Below are positions 42,535-53,911 of a DNA stretch of 64,000 nt, piece after piece (positions within the stretch are counted from its first letter, which is position 1; the number at the start of each line of letters is the position of its first letter). This stretch comes from Candidatus Eiseniibacteriota bacterium (GTDB lineage: Bacteria > Eisenbacteria > RBG-16-71-46 > CAIMUX01 > VGJL01), in contig CAWBWI010000003.1 in assembly GCA_963792585.1 (NCBI GenBank), positions 512,001 through 576,000 of the forward strand, given 5' to 3'. Made by a program: the position numbers and the translations under genes. The notes beneath the pieces are model-generated. The model was not told where the DNA came from. It did not search any database and saw only the letters and a program-made list of their open reading frames with translations.

Positions 42535-43870
42535 GTGCGCAAGCTCCAACGACTCACATTCGTCCTCGTCATGGTGACCCTGCTTTCTGGCGCCGGAGTC
42601 CTTGCCGCCGTCGCCGACGAGAAGCCGGTCGCAGCGGCTCCGTTTGCATTCGCCGATTTCTCTTGGATCCCGGGCAACTGGGGATCGAGTGACCGGCCGC
42701 TCACCTCAGGCGCATTCGTTGGCGAGTTTCGATTCGACGCCGCCTACCACGACAGTTTCAATCACCCCAAGGACGACACCATCTCGGGATCGAGCGAGGT
42801 CTTCCGTCACGGGGAACTCCAGGTCACGCAGCTCGGCATCGGGGGGGATTTCTTCTACAAGAACGTGACCGGCCGGCTCATGACCCAGTTCGGCATGTAT
42901 TCCCAGACAACGCCGCGCAACGACGCCAGCACCGCGCGGGGGCAGTGGAATCTCGACGGGGCCTACCGGTATCTTTCCGAAGCCTACGGCGGGTATCACA
43001 TCGACAAGTGGAACGGCATCAACATCCAGGCTGGGATCTTCATGTCCTACATCGGACTCTGGAGCTACTACAACTTTGACAACTGGACCTACCAGCCGTC
43101 CTACGTTTCGTCGAACACGCCGTGGTTCTTCAACGGAGCGCGGATGCAGATCTTTCCGAGCGACAAGCTGAAGATCGAGCCCTGGTTGGTCAACGGCTGG
43201 CAGTCGTACGGCCGTTTCAATACCGCTCCCGGGGGCGGCGGGCAGATTCTCTGGCGTCCGAATGGGTCGCTCTCCATCCTCGGCAACCAGTACATCGGCA
43301 CCGACACGTTCGGAAACAAGAACCGCAAGCGCTTCCACACGGATGACAGCATCATGGCCAAGTACTACGATCGCCCGGCAGGATTCCTGAGCAAGGCGGC
43401 AGCCTCGCTCACCGTGGACTACGGGCGCGAGTGGGGCGGCGGGGTGACGGGGAAGAAGCAGTACTTCAAGGGTTTCATGGCCTACAACCGTTTCTGGTTC
43501 GATCATGACCGCTACGCCCTCACCATCGGCGGGGGGGCGATCGACAATCCGGGACGTTATCTGGTGCTCGTGCCGCCCATCAATGGAGCGACCGCCTTCT
43601 CCGGAACGCCCTACTTCACGGCGACTCCCGGGGATCCGTTACAAGGCGTGGGACATGCAGTTCACGGCGGACTACATGCCGCAGCCGTTCATCACATTCC
43701 GGGCGGAGTTCAACCACCGCCACTCCAACGTGCCCTACTTCGCGGGAAAGGGAGGGGTCACCCCTCCGGGCGGGAACCAGGGCGCGCCGGGCTCGATGGT
43801 CGAAGGATGGACCCCCGACCTGGTCAAGGATGAGAACCGGCTCACCCTCGCCATGATGGTCAAGCTCTAG
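42535..43870 (+). CDS. Outer-membrane beta-barrel porin (BBP2/DUF1597-like; frameshift near 43640)
   Basis: GTG after GGAGG, signal peptide, YLSEAYGGYH, AGIFMSYIGL, SNTPWFFNG, NGWQSY; C-terminus ...RLTLAMMVKL in the next frame. Confidence 0.78.
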
Positions 43871-43908
43871 GCTTCGCTCGAGGGACGGTCCCAAGGGAGG
43901 ACTGAAGA

Positions 43909-44835
43909 ATGTCGATCAGGCCGAGTCGCAAAGATCTCTTCTGGATGTCCTGGGGGATCGTCCTCCCGATCGTGATCACCCTTCTGGCGCTGCACTACCA
44001 CCGGCTGGAGGGGGACGCCGAGAGAGTTTCCCGCAGGGCGGCGCGAATCGAACTGGTGGGGCACCTGCGCGCCGGTCTCTCCTCGGCGTCCGAAGCCGAG
44101 AAGAGCGCCGTCATGGCCACGACCGACCAGGAGTCTCAAGCTTTCGCGGAGCGGACGCGGGAAACGATGATCGAGGTGGGGCAGAGGCGGGATGAACTGG
44201 CGAAGCTTCTGGAGGCGGATGGCACCCAAGGCGAGCGGGATCTTCTGTCTCAATTCTCCCAGGCTTTCGCCGAATGCGAACGGATCGACCTGGAGCTATT
44301 GGATCTGGCAGGCCAGAACACAAACCTAAAAGCCTACGACCTGGCCTTTGGTCCCGCGGCAGATGCGCTTGCGGAGATGGACGGCGCGCTCTCCCGCATT
44401 CTCGAGACGAACGCCGCCGCACCGGACGCAAGAGGAGTGATCCTGCCGGCTGCGGAGGCGCAAAGCGGAGCGTTGCGAATTCAAACCCTGCTCGCACCCC
44501 ACATCTCCGAAGAGGGTGACCCGAGGATGGATGACCTCGAGGCAAGGATGGCGACGGAAGATCAAAGGGTTCGATCGCGCTTGAGGTCCCTCGAAGCGGT
44601 TCTCGGGTCTAGGAATCCCGACCTCCGGATGGCCGTATCCGGCTACGATCGATTCACGGAGTTGAAGGGCCGGATCCTCGACCTTTCCCGTCAGAATACC
44701 AATGTCCGGTCCTTGGTCATCTCACTGAACCAGAAGCGGAAAGCGTCCCAGATGTGTCAAGATGCACTGGTCGCCCTGGAGTTGGCGATCCGCCAGGAGG
44801 CTCCGCCGAATCGGGAACCGGGGCGTTTTCGATAG
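43909..44835 (+). CDS. Membrane-anchored protein with tandem MCP-type four-helix-bundle sensor domains, no signalling domain
   Basis: Single N-terminal TM; EAEKSAVMA.TD.ES..FA and two ILDL..QNTN.(K/R) repeats. Confidence 0.65.
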   Translation: MSIRPSRKDLFWMSWGIVLPIVITLLALHYHRLEGDAERVSRRAARIELVGHLRAGLSSASEAEKSAVMATTDQESQAFAERTRETMIEVGQRRDELAKLLEADGTQGERDLLSQFSQAFAECERIDLELLDLAGQNTNLKAYDLAFGPAADALAEMDGALSRILETNAAAPDARGVILPAAEAQSGALRIQTLLAPHISEEGDPRMDDLEARMATEDQRVRSRLRSLEAVLGSRNPDLRMAVSGYDRFTELKGRILDLSRQNTNVRSLVISLNQKRKASQMCQDALVALELAIRQEAPPNREPGRFR

Positions 44836-44941
44836 GAACGGCGGTCGCGGCCTCGCGGCTTGAGTGTCGTGTCGATCGGGTTCAGGGCGCCGGTGGCGCC
44901 GTGCGGATCGGGTGGGAAACAGCGTGAGGGAGACAACCGGC

Positions 44942-45577
44942 ATGTCGCGACCGCGTTCTTGGGTCCACTTGGTCCTGGCCGCGGGACTCGCCCTCGGGGC
45001 GCTACAGATCGATCCATGCGCCGCGCGGGCGCTGTCCATCAGTCCCAAGGGACGCCATCTCGCGCGCGTCCTCGACGGTATGAACGTGGAGCAACGCTGG
45101 CTGCCGGGGGATGGCGTGAACTGGCGGACAGGGGAGCACGATCCGGCCGCGAGGGCGTTGAAGGGGCATTGCAGCGCTTTCGCCGCGGCGGTCTGCGCCG
45201 CGTTCGACCTCTATATCCTGAGGCCTCCCGACCACCGAGAGTGGCTCCTGGCGAATGCGCAGTGTGCCTGGCTGTTGGAGGAAGGGCCGCGCCACGGGTG
45301 GGCCCGCATCGATGACGGAGCGAGCGCGCAGCGTCTGGCGAACCGGGGCAACCTCGTGCTCGCCTGCTACAAGAACCGGGAACGCGACGACCCGGGACAC
45401 ATCGCGATCATCCGGCCGAGCGGCAAGAGCCTGAAGCGGATCAACCGTGACGGGCCGGACGTCACGCAGGCGGGGTCGCGCAATTATCGGCGCACCACCG
45501 CGCGCGTCGGATTCCGGCTTCACGCCAGAGCCTGGGATCGAGGAGAGATCGTCTACTACTGGCATCCGATTCCCTGA
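44942..45577 (+). CDS. Secreted protein with CHAP/NlpC-like Cys-His pattern
   Basis: Signal peptide; HCSAFAAA...GHIAII...VTQAG. Confidence 0.5.
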   Translation: MSRPRSWVHLVLAAGLALGALQIDPCAARALSISPKGRHLARVLDGMNVEQRWLPGDGVNWRTGEHDPAARALKGHCSAFAAAVCAAFDLYILRPPDHREWLLANAQCAWLLEEGPRHGWARIDDGASAQRLANRGNLVLACYKNRERDDPGHIAIIRPSGKSLKRINRDGPDVTQAGSRNYRRTTARVGFRLHARAWDRGEIVYYWHPIP

Positions 45578-45604
45578 CGCCCGTCGACGGCCCGGAACGA
45601 TCCC

Positions 45605-48600
45605 CTACTTCAGGACGACCATCTTCTTGTTCGACACGAACTCCCCGGCCCGCAACTGGACCCAGTAGATCCCCGAGCCGACATGCTCTCTGCGGTCGTT
45701 CGTCCCGTCCCACACGACCGTATGGAGTCCGGCATCCTGCCGTCCGTCGACGAGGGTGCGGACGATCCTGCCGCCCACGTCGAAGACCACGACCTTCACC
45801 GCGCCTGCCCGGGCCGTACTATAGCGAATCGTGGTTCGCGGGTTGAACGGGTTGGGATCGTTCTGCCAGAGGCGATTGACCCGAAGATCCGCGGCATCTC
45901 CTGCGTCGGCGGGCAGACCCCACGTCGATTGGCATCGGGCTAGAGACTCCACGTTTGTGACCGTGGGGATCGCAACGTTCGACGGAGCGTCGTATGCCCA
46001 GCGGAGCGCCGGCCCCATCTCCGCCACGATTCCGGAGACGACGGATGGCAGATCCCGAGGGCAGCGATCCGATCCCTGCCCCGCTGCGTCGCGAGCCGTC
46101 ATGTGGTGCCAGCTTACGCCGTCCACGATCGATCGATAGTTGGCGTCGGCCGCCAGGTTCTCGTTCACGATCTGCCCGAAATCCATGGTCTTGGGTCCAT
46201 CCTCGCTCCAGTATCCGCGGTTCCCGCGCCCGGACCCCGTGGGAGAGAAGACGTTGAACGCAAAGCCGTTCGGGCAACCGTTGCCGAACGCATCCACAGC
46301 GACATCCGGACCGAACGCCGCACCCTCGGCGGGGAGGTATCGCAAGCAGTAGGACGTCTCGATCGGGCCGCAGTCGGGGTCGTCGGTCCATCCATTGAAC
46401 GCGTCGCAATAGAGCGCGGCTCCGAGCATGTCCTCCAGCAGCGGGCGCCCGTGCGCAGGTAGATTGCTGAGGGCCTGGCCGATCCCGTCGCCGTTCAGAA
46501 GGAGGGCCTGCCGGTTCGTGTTCGCGTCGCACTGCGGCGTCGTGAGCCAGTCCTGGAGGAGCGCGTGGTCGGAGTCGTTGGTCGCGCCTGAGGAGACCCC
46601 CGTGTTGAGCAGGATCGTCCGGTAGCCGACGATCTGCTGCAGGGTCATCCCGTTGTTGCTCCCCGCGATCGCGCCTCGGGCGAACGGCGCGGCCCAGTTC
46701 GAGTTTGCATCGGTGTAGTCGTAGCGATCCCACGCCCGGTCCGCCGGGATCGCGCACCCCAATGGATTCCCGCACGGCGCCTGTCCGTTGAGAATCGTCG
46801 CCAGCGCGTTCTCGATGAAGATCTGTGCGCCGGCGTTGTCGGCGTCGATGTAGAGGGTCGAAGGGATGAAAGCGCAGACGTTGAATCCGGTCCCCCCGCA
46901 ACCGGGCACGCTCGCGGTATGGATTCCGGGCAGGATCTCGAACTCGAGGAAGTTGCCTCCCGTCGTGTCCGGGAGGTAGTAGAGCGAGGTCGGCGTGTTT
47001 GCGTAATTCGATGTCAGGAAATACTCGATCCGGGTGCCGGGATAGAAGACGTCGTCCGGGAGCATCTCGTTCGCCGGGTTCGACTCGCCCGCGAAATTGT
47101 CGTCGTTTTCGCGGAAGGTGGACTGGAACCAGTCCCGGCGGACGTACGGCACGATCTGCACCGAATCCATCCATCCATAGGTGAACTCGGGTTTGTACGC
47201 GCGATCGATCGCGCGACCGTCCGCGACGCGGTCCCGCCAGAGCTTGTAGCGGGAGATGATACCGCCCTCATGGTCGGCGTTGAAGAGGGCGCGGCGCGCC
47301 ACGCGCCACCAGAGCCGGGCCTCCCACCGCGTGTTCGGATCGGTCTGCACCGGGAGCGGTCCGGTGACGACCAGGGTGTCTCCGCACACGCGCGAGTTCA
47401 GCGGATCATCCAGGTGCTTGTCGAACGTGACATTGGCCGCTCCGACGCCGCGGGGGTCAAAGCTCCCCGATGCGGACCCGACATCCTGGAAGGTCATCCC
47501 CGTGGCGAGTTGGACGACCGGTCCGATTCTGGCGGGCGTTGTGCCCACGGCGAGGTTATCGAAGAGTGGACTCGAATTCGTGTTTCCAAGACAGGGGTCG
47601 ATGGTGAAGCCGTTGCAGTCGGAGAGGAGTTCGATGACCGCCATCACTTTCTCAGAAGTCGGGGGGATCGGCTCGGAGTTCGACCCATCCGTAGCGGAAT
47701 AGCGCATGCGGAAACATTCCGGATCGGCTCCCATGAACTCGTATCGGCCTCCAACAGGTTGCGACCACTGGGTGATGCCGTGCACCGGACAGGTCCAGGG
47801 GTAATACCTCCATCGGATGCGGAACGTCACGCCGAGTTCGATCGGCATCGCCGCGAACACGTCGAAGTGTAAGAAGATGTTGTGCGCTTCTCCCGTCCCG
47901 ATGTCGCATATCGGGCTCTCGAGCCTTTCGTACTGGTAGTCCGGATGGAATCCGTCCGGGCAGGGGCCGGCGTGCAGTTCCAGGACGTTGCCGGAGAGCC
48001 GGCAGTCGCACGGGTCAATAAAGTCGTAGCACTCGAACGGAGCGATGCCGGCGAGGATCCCCACCCCGGGACATACGGATGGCGTCCATGGCTCGATGCC
48101 GTTCTCGAAGTCCTGCATCACATCGATCCCGCCGCCGTGGATCGTCACGTCGTCGGCGCCGAAGGGGCCCCAGGTTGTCGTGTAGTCGCCGTCCTCGTCC
48201 GACCAGCCGCCGTCGGAGATGAACTCGAAGACGAAGCGGATCGACTGCGCGCCGCCGATCTCCTCGGCAGTCACCTCGCGCGTGTAGGTGGCCGGGTTGT
48301 CGTAGCTGGCGATCGTGCCCGTGAACCCGCCCGACCATGGGAGGTTGTTCGTGCAGGTGCTCGGAGGGTAGGGATTGAGAAGCAGTTGCGAACCGTCGGC
48401 CCGACTCAGGTAGACCTGCGTGCCGTCGTAGCAGTCCTCGCTCTTGGTGAAGTACTTGAAGGAGAGCGAGACTTCGCCCGAACCGTCATAGGCGAGCGGT
48501 TGGGTCGTGACCCGCTGGCACCACCCGTTACCGTATCCGGCGCCGGCCTGCCAGCAGAGAGAGTCCGACTGAAGGTCGTCCGCGCCGATCCAGAGGCTTG

Positions 48601-49030
48601 CGGCGCCCGTGATGATCGGCGGCGGCACGCCCACGCCGAGATCGAGGGCGGCGTCGGCGATGCGGAACCAGGATCTCTGGTTCGTGCTCAGGTCGATGGA
48701 GCGCCACCCCTCACCCCCATCGATCCGGGATGGGTCGCCGAAGGGACCGATCCCGCGGTCGAAGGTCCACATCACGCTCTCTCGGCTCGGCCCCGACAGC
48801 GCATGGTACTCACCGTCGACCAGGGTGTAGCTACCGAACCATGTGGTGTCGTCCCTCGCCAAGGCGCGAGGGTCGCCCGGGTCCGGGAGATCGGTCGGGA
48901 TTCGGTGCGCCGAAGCTTGCCCGTACAAGAGGGGGCTGTTCGAGGCCCCGAGGGCTGCGGCGCTCGACATCATGAGTGAGATGAGACCAAGGAGACTCAC
49001 GCGCTGGAGACGGACGGTGATCACGTTCAT
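45605..49030 (-). CDS. Large Cys-containing secreted protein with C-terminal FlgD-Ig/T9SS-A-like domain
   Basis: Signal peptide; SDGGWSDEDG; tail QNDPNPFNPRTTIRY...FDVGGRIVRTLVDG...SGIYWVQL...KKMVVLK. Confidence 0.85.
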   Translation of the reverse strand: MNVITVRLQRVSLLGLISLMMSSAAALGASNSPLLYGQASAHRIPTDLPDPGDPRALARDDTTWFGSYTLVDGEYHALSGPSRESVMWTFDRGIGPFGDPSRIDGGEGWRSIDLSTNQRSWFRIADAALDLGVGVPPPIITGAASLWIGADDLQSDSLCWQAGAGYGNGWCQRVTTQPLAYDGSGEVSLSFKYFTKSEDCYDGTQVYLSRADGSQLLLNPYPPSTCTNNLPWSGGFTGTIASYDNPATYTREVTAEEIGGAQSIRFVFEFISDGGWSDEDGDYTTTWGPFGADDVTIHGGGIDVMQDFENGIEPWTPSVCPGVGILAGIAPFECYDFIDPCDCRLSGNVLELHAGPCPDGFHPDYQYERLESPICDIGTGEAHNIFLHFDVFAAMPIELGVTFRIRWRYYPWTCPVHGITQWSQPVGGRYEFMGADPECFRMRYSATDGSNSEPIPPTSEKVMAVIELLSDCNGFTIDPCLGNTNSSPLFDNLAVGTTPARIGPVVQLATGMTFQDVGSASGSFDPRGVGAANVTFDKHLDDPLNSRVCGDTLVVTGPLPVQTDPNTRWEARLWWRVARRALFNADHEGGIISRYKLWRDRVADGRAIDRAYKPEFTYGWMDSVQIVPYVRRDWFQSTFRENDDNFAGESNPANEMLPDDVFYPGTRIEYFLTSNYANTPTSLYYLPDTTGGNFLEFEILPGIHTASVPGCGGTGFNVCAFIPSTLYIDADNAGAQIFIENALATILNGQAPCGNPLGCAIPADRAWDRYDYTDANSNWAAPFARGAIAGSNNGMTLQQIVGYRTILLNTGVSSGATNDSDHALLQDWLTTPQCDANTNRQALLLNGDGIGQALSNLPAHGRPLLEDMLGAALYCDAFNGWTDDPDCGPIETSYCLRYLPAEGAAFGPDVAVDAFGNGCPNGFAFNVFSPTGSGRGNRGYWSEDGPKTMDFGQIVNENLAADANYRSIVDGVSWHHMTARDAAGQGSDRCPRDLPSVVSGIVAEMGPALRWAYDAPSNVAIPTVTNVESLARCQSTWGLPADAGDAADLRVNRLWQNDPNPFNPRTTIRYSTARAGAVKVVVFDVGGRIVRTLVDGRQDAGLHTVVWDGTNDRREHVGSGIYWVQLRAGEFVSNKKMVVLK

Positions 49031-49279
49031 GGGAATCGGCCTCCGTGTCCTGTCGTCCAAAGACCTGGCGTCGCTGATCCGAATCACGGAACACCGCATC
49101 GTCGACCCCGCCCGACGCAGCGCCCGTCCGCCTCAACCGGAGAGGGACCCATTCCGGCGCCGCCGCACGAGCATCGGTGCAGCTGTCGGGGTGACGGAGG
49201 AGAGGCCTCCGCTCACGCCGGCGTTCTGGATTCGCCGGTGCCAATGGTACGGTCGGGGCGCGTTCGAGTCAATCGCCCG

Positions 49280-49430
49280 CCATCCCTGCGCGCATCGGGT
49301 CGCGCACATGCGCGCAGCTGCGCGAGCCGCACCTGCGCATTGCAGTGGATCCCAATCGGATCCGCGAAGCGCCGCGTCTGGATCTCCCGCGCGGCGATCA
49401 CGCGGCGGACACTTGCCGAGGCATCTCCTG
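49280..49430 (-). pseudogene. comM: comM/yifB (Mg-chelatase-like ATPase) internal fragment, copy 1
   Basis: SASVRRVIAAREIQTRRF....IHCNAQ; nucleotide similarity to 55800-55910. Confidence 0.75.
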
Positions 49431-49716
49431 AGATAGACGGCGCATCTGAATCCAGGTGCGTGAGGTTCCCATCGTGAGCTGGGTCTGTGGGATACGGGAG
49501 TGTCAGGTCTGGAGAGAGAACGGTCGTGAGTCGATCAGGAAGCGATCATTTTGATATTCCGCGCGCGTCGCCACGATCCTCCGACCCCCGCACGGTCGAT
49601 TCTTCGTCCAGCATTGCGAGAAGATCCCTGAGCTAACCCTCACGCGGGTGGTAGGATCATTGCGTCAACTCAGAATGATTGACACGCATACACCACTTCG
49701 ATCGCCCCGGAGGAGC

Positions 49717-50517
49717 ATGGCAACCACTATCGCGATGAAGGCACTCCGGGCGCCGATCCGTACCGTCGGGCGCACCTTCGATTCTGTGGCGCGCCACGCC
49801 GGAGGGATGGCAATCCTCGTCTGGCGGATCGGCAATGCGATCATGCGCGGACACGTCTCATTTCGGGAGGTGGTGGCCCAGCTCTACTCCATAGGCGCCG
49901 GGAGCATTCCCCTCGTCTGTGTGACGGGGATCCTTTCCGGTCTCGTCACGTCGCAGCAGGGTGGCTACCAGTTCACCAGCGCGGTGCCCGCGTATGTGCT
50001 GGGTAGCGTCGTGACGGAGAGCATCATCCTGGAGCTGGGACCGGTCATGACCGCGTTCGTTCTCATCGGTAGGGTGGGCGCGCGGATCACGGCCGAGCTC
50101 GGCACGATGAAGGTCACGGAGCAGATCGATGCCCTGCTATCGCTGGGCCGCGACCCGGTGGCGGTGCTGGCCGCCCCCCGCGTAATCGCGGGGACGATCG
50201 CGATGCCCTTGCTCGTGGGGCTTGCGAACACGGTGGGAATCTTCTCGGGGCTCGTAGCCGCCCGCTCTACGGTCGGTCTCGGCCCCGAGTCGTTTCTCTA
50301 CGGGGCCCAGCTCTTCTGGCACAACTTCGATCTGCTCTACTCACTCTCCAAGGCGCTCGTGTTCGGCTTCATGATTCCGGTGATTTCTTGCTACATGGGC
50401 TTCCGCACCCGTGGGGGAGCCGAGGGCGTTGGCAGTGCTACCACCTCTTCCGTCGTCATCATGATCATCTCGGTGCTGGTCTTGGACGCCGTCTTCCCGC
50501 CTCTCTTCCTCAATTGA
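49717..50517 (+). CDS. mlaE: ABC permease MlaE family
   Basis: ELGPVMTA...GRVGARITAELGTMKVTEQIDAL, GGAEGVG.ATT.SVV. Confidence 0.93.
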   Translation: MATTIAMKALRAPIRTVGRTFDSVARHAGGMAILVWRIGNAIMRGHVSFREVVAQLYSIGAGSIPLVCVTGILSGLVTSQQGGYQFTSAVPAYVLGSVVTESIILELGPVMTAFVLIGRVGARITAELGTMKVTEQIDALLSLGRDPVAVLAAPRVIAGTIAMPLLVGLANTVGIFSGLVAARSTVGLGPESFLYGAQLFWHNFDLLYSLSKALVFGFMIPVISCYMGFRTRGGAEGVGSATTSSVVIMIISVLVLDAVFPPLFLN

Positions 50518-50527
50518 TGAGTCGCGC

Positions 50528-51299
50528 ATGATCGAATACAGGGACATCTACAAAGCCTTCGACGTCCCGGTCCTCTCCGGCGTGAGTTTGCGGGTGGAGA
50601 CGGGACAATGTCTCGCAATCGTGGGCCCTTCGGGAACCGGGAAGAGCGTCCTCCTCAAGACCACGAACGGCCTCCTCCGTCCGGACCGGGGCGATGTCTT
50701 CATCGACGGCGAGTCGGTGTTCAACTCCGGACGGGAGGCGCTCGAGAAGATCCGCCGGAAGATCGGGTATGTCTTCCAGTACGCGGCCCTCTTCGACTCG
50801 ATGACGGTCTACGAGAACGTCTGCCAGGGGCTCGTCGACGGGGACGTGTGGCGAAATCGGTCGCCGGAGGTTCTGCTGAAAGTGTGCGATGCCCTCGAGG
50901 CCGTGAACCTCGAACCCGACCAGGTCCTCAACAAACAGCCGGCCGAACTCTCGGGCGGGATGCGGAAGCGGGTTGGCCTGGCCCGGGCCATCGTGGGTCG
51001 GCCCGAGATCGTGCTCTACGACGAGCCGGTGACCGGGCTCGATCCCGTCAACTCGGCGACCGTCAGTCTCCTCATGACCGCCATCCGGGAGCGGATGCAG
51101 GTCACCGCGATCGTGGTGACCCACGACATCGAGCAGGCCCTCGGGATCTCCGAACTGCATCGCGCTCCTCTCGCACGGGAAGCTTCGCTTCCTGGGAACG
51201 CCGGCGGAGTTCAAGGCGAGTCAGGATCCGGTTGTGCGCGCTTTCGCCGACCGCGGGGCCGCCACGGCCGCCGCCCTCAAGATCATGGAGGAATCGTGA
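50528..51299 (+). CDS. mlaF: ABC ATPase MlaF family (frameshift near 51152)
   Basis: GPSGTGKS, LSGGMRKRVGLARA, YDEP, VTHD; C-terminus IALLSHGKLRFLGTP...EES* in another frame. Confidence 0.88.
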
Positions 51300-52283
51300 C
51301 CAAAGAGAACCCCCCTCCCATTGCATCACCTCCTGGGACTCCCGTGAGCGACGAGAAAGCCGCTTCCCGCCCTGACGCCCTCGCGGTTCCGGGACCGTGA
51401 ACTGCGGGTGGGCATCTTCGTGATCCTGGGGGTGGCGGCCGTTCTGACCGCGCTGTTCACCCTCACCGACGCCGCTCTTTTCCGCGGGCGCTACATCATC
51501 CGGACCGTGGTGACGGACGCTGCGGGGATCCGGCGGGGCGATGCCGTCCAGATGCGCGGTGTGAACATCGGCCGGGTGACATCCTTCCGGATCTCACCGG
51601 AGGGTGTCGGTGTGAACCTGGAGATCGATAGTCAGTACCCGATTCCCTCGGATTCAAAGGTGGAGTTGCGCTGCGAGCAGTTTACTCGGGGGCATGGTTG
51701 CGAACGTCGATCCCAGGCGTCTCGCCCAAGAAGGCCCGCCGAGGCGTCGTTCTCCCGGGATCGGTCGAGAAGGGGATCTTCGATCAGATCGATGATCTGC
51801 AGGACTCGGCTGGCAAGGCGCTCGTCCGCGTCCAGAGCCTCCTCGACGACAAGACGATCCAGAATGTCCACGAGGGGGGCGACGACCTGCGAAAGCTGAT
51901 GCGGCAACTCAATGACGTGGCCACGGAACAGCGGGTCGAATTCGCGGCGCTCACCGGGAGCCTGCGCCAGTACGGCGGCGTCCCTCGAGAAGACGGCCAC
52001 CGGGCCGGAGATCGACCGCTCCGTGAAGCGGATCGACGTGGTCACCGCGAAACTGGACAGTATCGCCTCGGTCCTCGACCGCACGGCCCGTTCGTCGGAG
52101 AGCATCCTCGCGCGGATCGACAGGGGCGAGGGCTCGCTCGGCAAGCTCACCAAGGACGACGCCCTCTACGACAATGCCTCGGAGGCCGCGGCCACCATGA
52201 AGAAGGCGGCGGAGGAGTTCGAGCGCCTCGCGGCCGACGTTCGCGCAGATCCGAAGAAGTACCTCAAGCTGAGCGTGTTCTAG
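51296..52283 (+). CDS. mlaD: MlaD/MCE protein (several frameshifts)
   Basis: RVGIFVI, DAAGIRRGDAVQMRGVNIGRV, GEGSLGKL..DDALYDN, DVRADPKKYLKLSVF. Confidence 0.85.
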
Positions 52284-52341
52284 ACGGAGGGACCGGAGCC
52301 TCGATTCGTCTCGGCGCGGCCGCGTCGCCTGTGAGGAAACG

Positions 52342-53832
52342 ATGACAAAGCGTGGCTGGTGGATCATCGGAGTCGTCGCGGTCTCGCGCGTTGGCCATTC
52401 TGCTCGGGTTGCGCTCGTGGTTCACCACGATCCACGTAGATGCCCCCGAGCCCTCGTCAACGGCCGACCTGGCGGAGACCCTTCCGCCGATGCCGCTGGC
52501 TCGGTTCTGATCGCTCCGATCGTCTTCGATCTCGGTCCGGCCATCGCCCAGTTCGAGGCGGACGTGCCCCGCCATTTCGGCTCGATGGACCGGCGGATCC
52601 GCGCCGACAGCAGCTCGCGCGCCTCGGTCGCATTCGCGGCGAGCCGCTCCCCGTTCCAGGTGCGCGTCGATGGAACCGAGATCGTCGTCGAGACGGTGCT
52701 CGAGTACGAGGGACGCGGCTGGTATGACCCGCCGCTCGCCCCGGAGGTGAGCGCCGGGTGCGGGGGAGGCGACGATCCCAAGCCCCGGCTGCGCGTGCGC
52801 GTCGTGAGCACCCCGTCGCTCACCCCCGAGTGGGGGCTGCGCACTCATACGCGCGCCGATGTCACGCGCTTCAGTGACGAGCCGCGCGACCAGTGCCAGG
52901 TGACCTTGCTGAAGATCGACGTCACCGGCAGGGTGGTCGATGCGGTGCGCGAAAGGATGACACGCGGTGGCGGCGCGCTTCGATCGGCACATCGAGCGAC
53001 GCGACATGCGCGGTCGGATCGAGCGCATCTGGAGCGAAGATGGAACGACCGATCCGGCTCACCGACGGTGTGTGGCTGCTGGTCCAGCCCGGCGCGGCGC
53101 AGCTGGCGTCGTTCAGCGGCGGCGGCGACAGCCTCGTCGCCGTCGTGCGCCTCGAGGCGCGGCCGAAGATCGTCACCGGGATGCGGCCGGAGGACAGCAC
53201 CCTCGTGACCCCCCTCCCGCCGCTCGGGACGACCGCCGACGCGCGACACCGGCGGCGAGCTTCATGTGGCTCTCGAGGGGATCTTCTCCTACGACGCCGC
53301 GACGGATCTGATGCGGAAGGAGCTGGTCGGAAAGGTGATCCGCATGGCGGGCGCCGCGTGCGGATCGAGGATGTGACGCTGCGCGGGATCGGGGGCGGAC
53401 GCGTCGCCCTCGGAGTCACCTTCAGCGGGGCGGTGCAGGGTCGCGTCTTCTTCACCGGGACCCCGCGTCTCGATCTGGCGAACGCGGCAACTCACGGTCC
53501 CCGATCTCGACTTCGACGTGGGGAGCACCGACCTGCTCGCGAGCGGCCTCTGGTGGTGGCACGGAGACGCGGTGCGCGACTTCCTTCGCGCGAAGGCGGC
53601 GATCCCGGACTCGGCTGCCCTCGCTGGGTTGGAGCGTCTGGCCGAACGCGGGATGAACCGGGATCTCGCCGACGGCGTGCGGCTGGAGGCGACTCTGAGC
53701 GGCTCGCGCGGAATGGCAGTGTGCGCGACGCGAGAGCACCTGGTCGTGCGCGCGCTGGCCGAGGGGCAGGCGCGGCTCGTCGTCGACCGCGTGCTGGGCA
53801 GGCTTCGGCGCCGACCCTCCGCCCGCCCGTGA
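52342..53832 (+). CDS. DUF4403-like tubular/lipid-binding-like protein (several frameshifts)
   Basis: Fragments SLTPEWGL, QCQVTLLKIDVT, PIRLTDGVWLLVQP, GRVFFTGTP, DLDFDV across frames. Confidence 0.55.
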
Positions 53833-53911
53833 GACGATCCGCGTTCAAGCCTCTGCCGGCCCGTGCTTCCGGGGCCGCACCCAAGCAGGGCATGTTGGCC
53901 ACGGATCGCGC

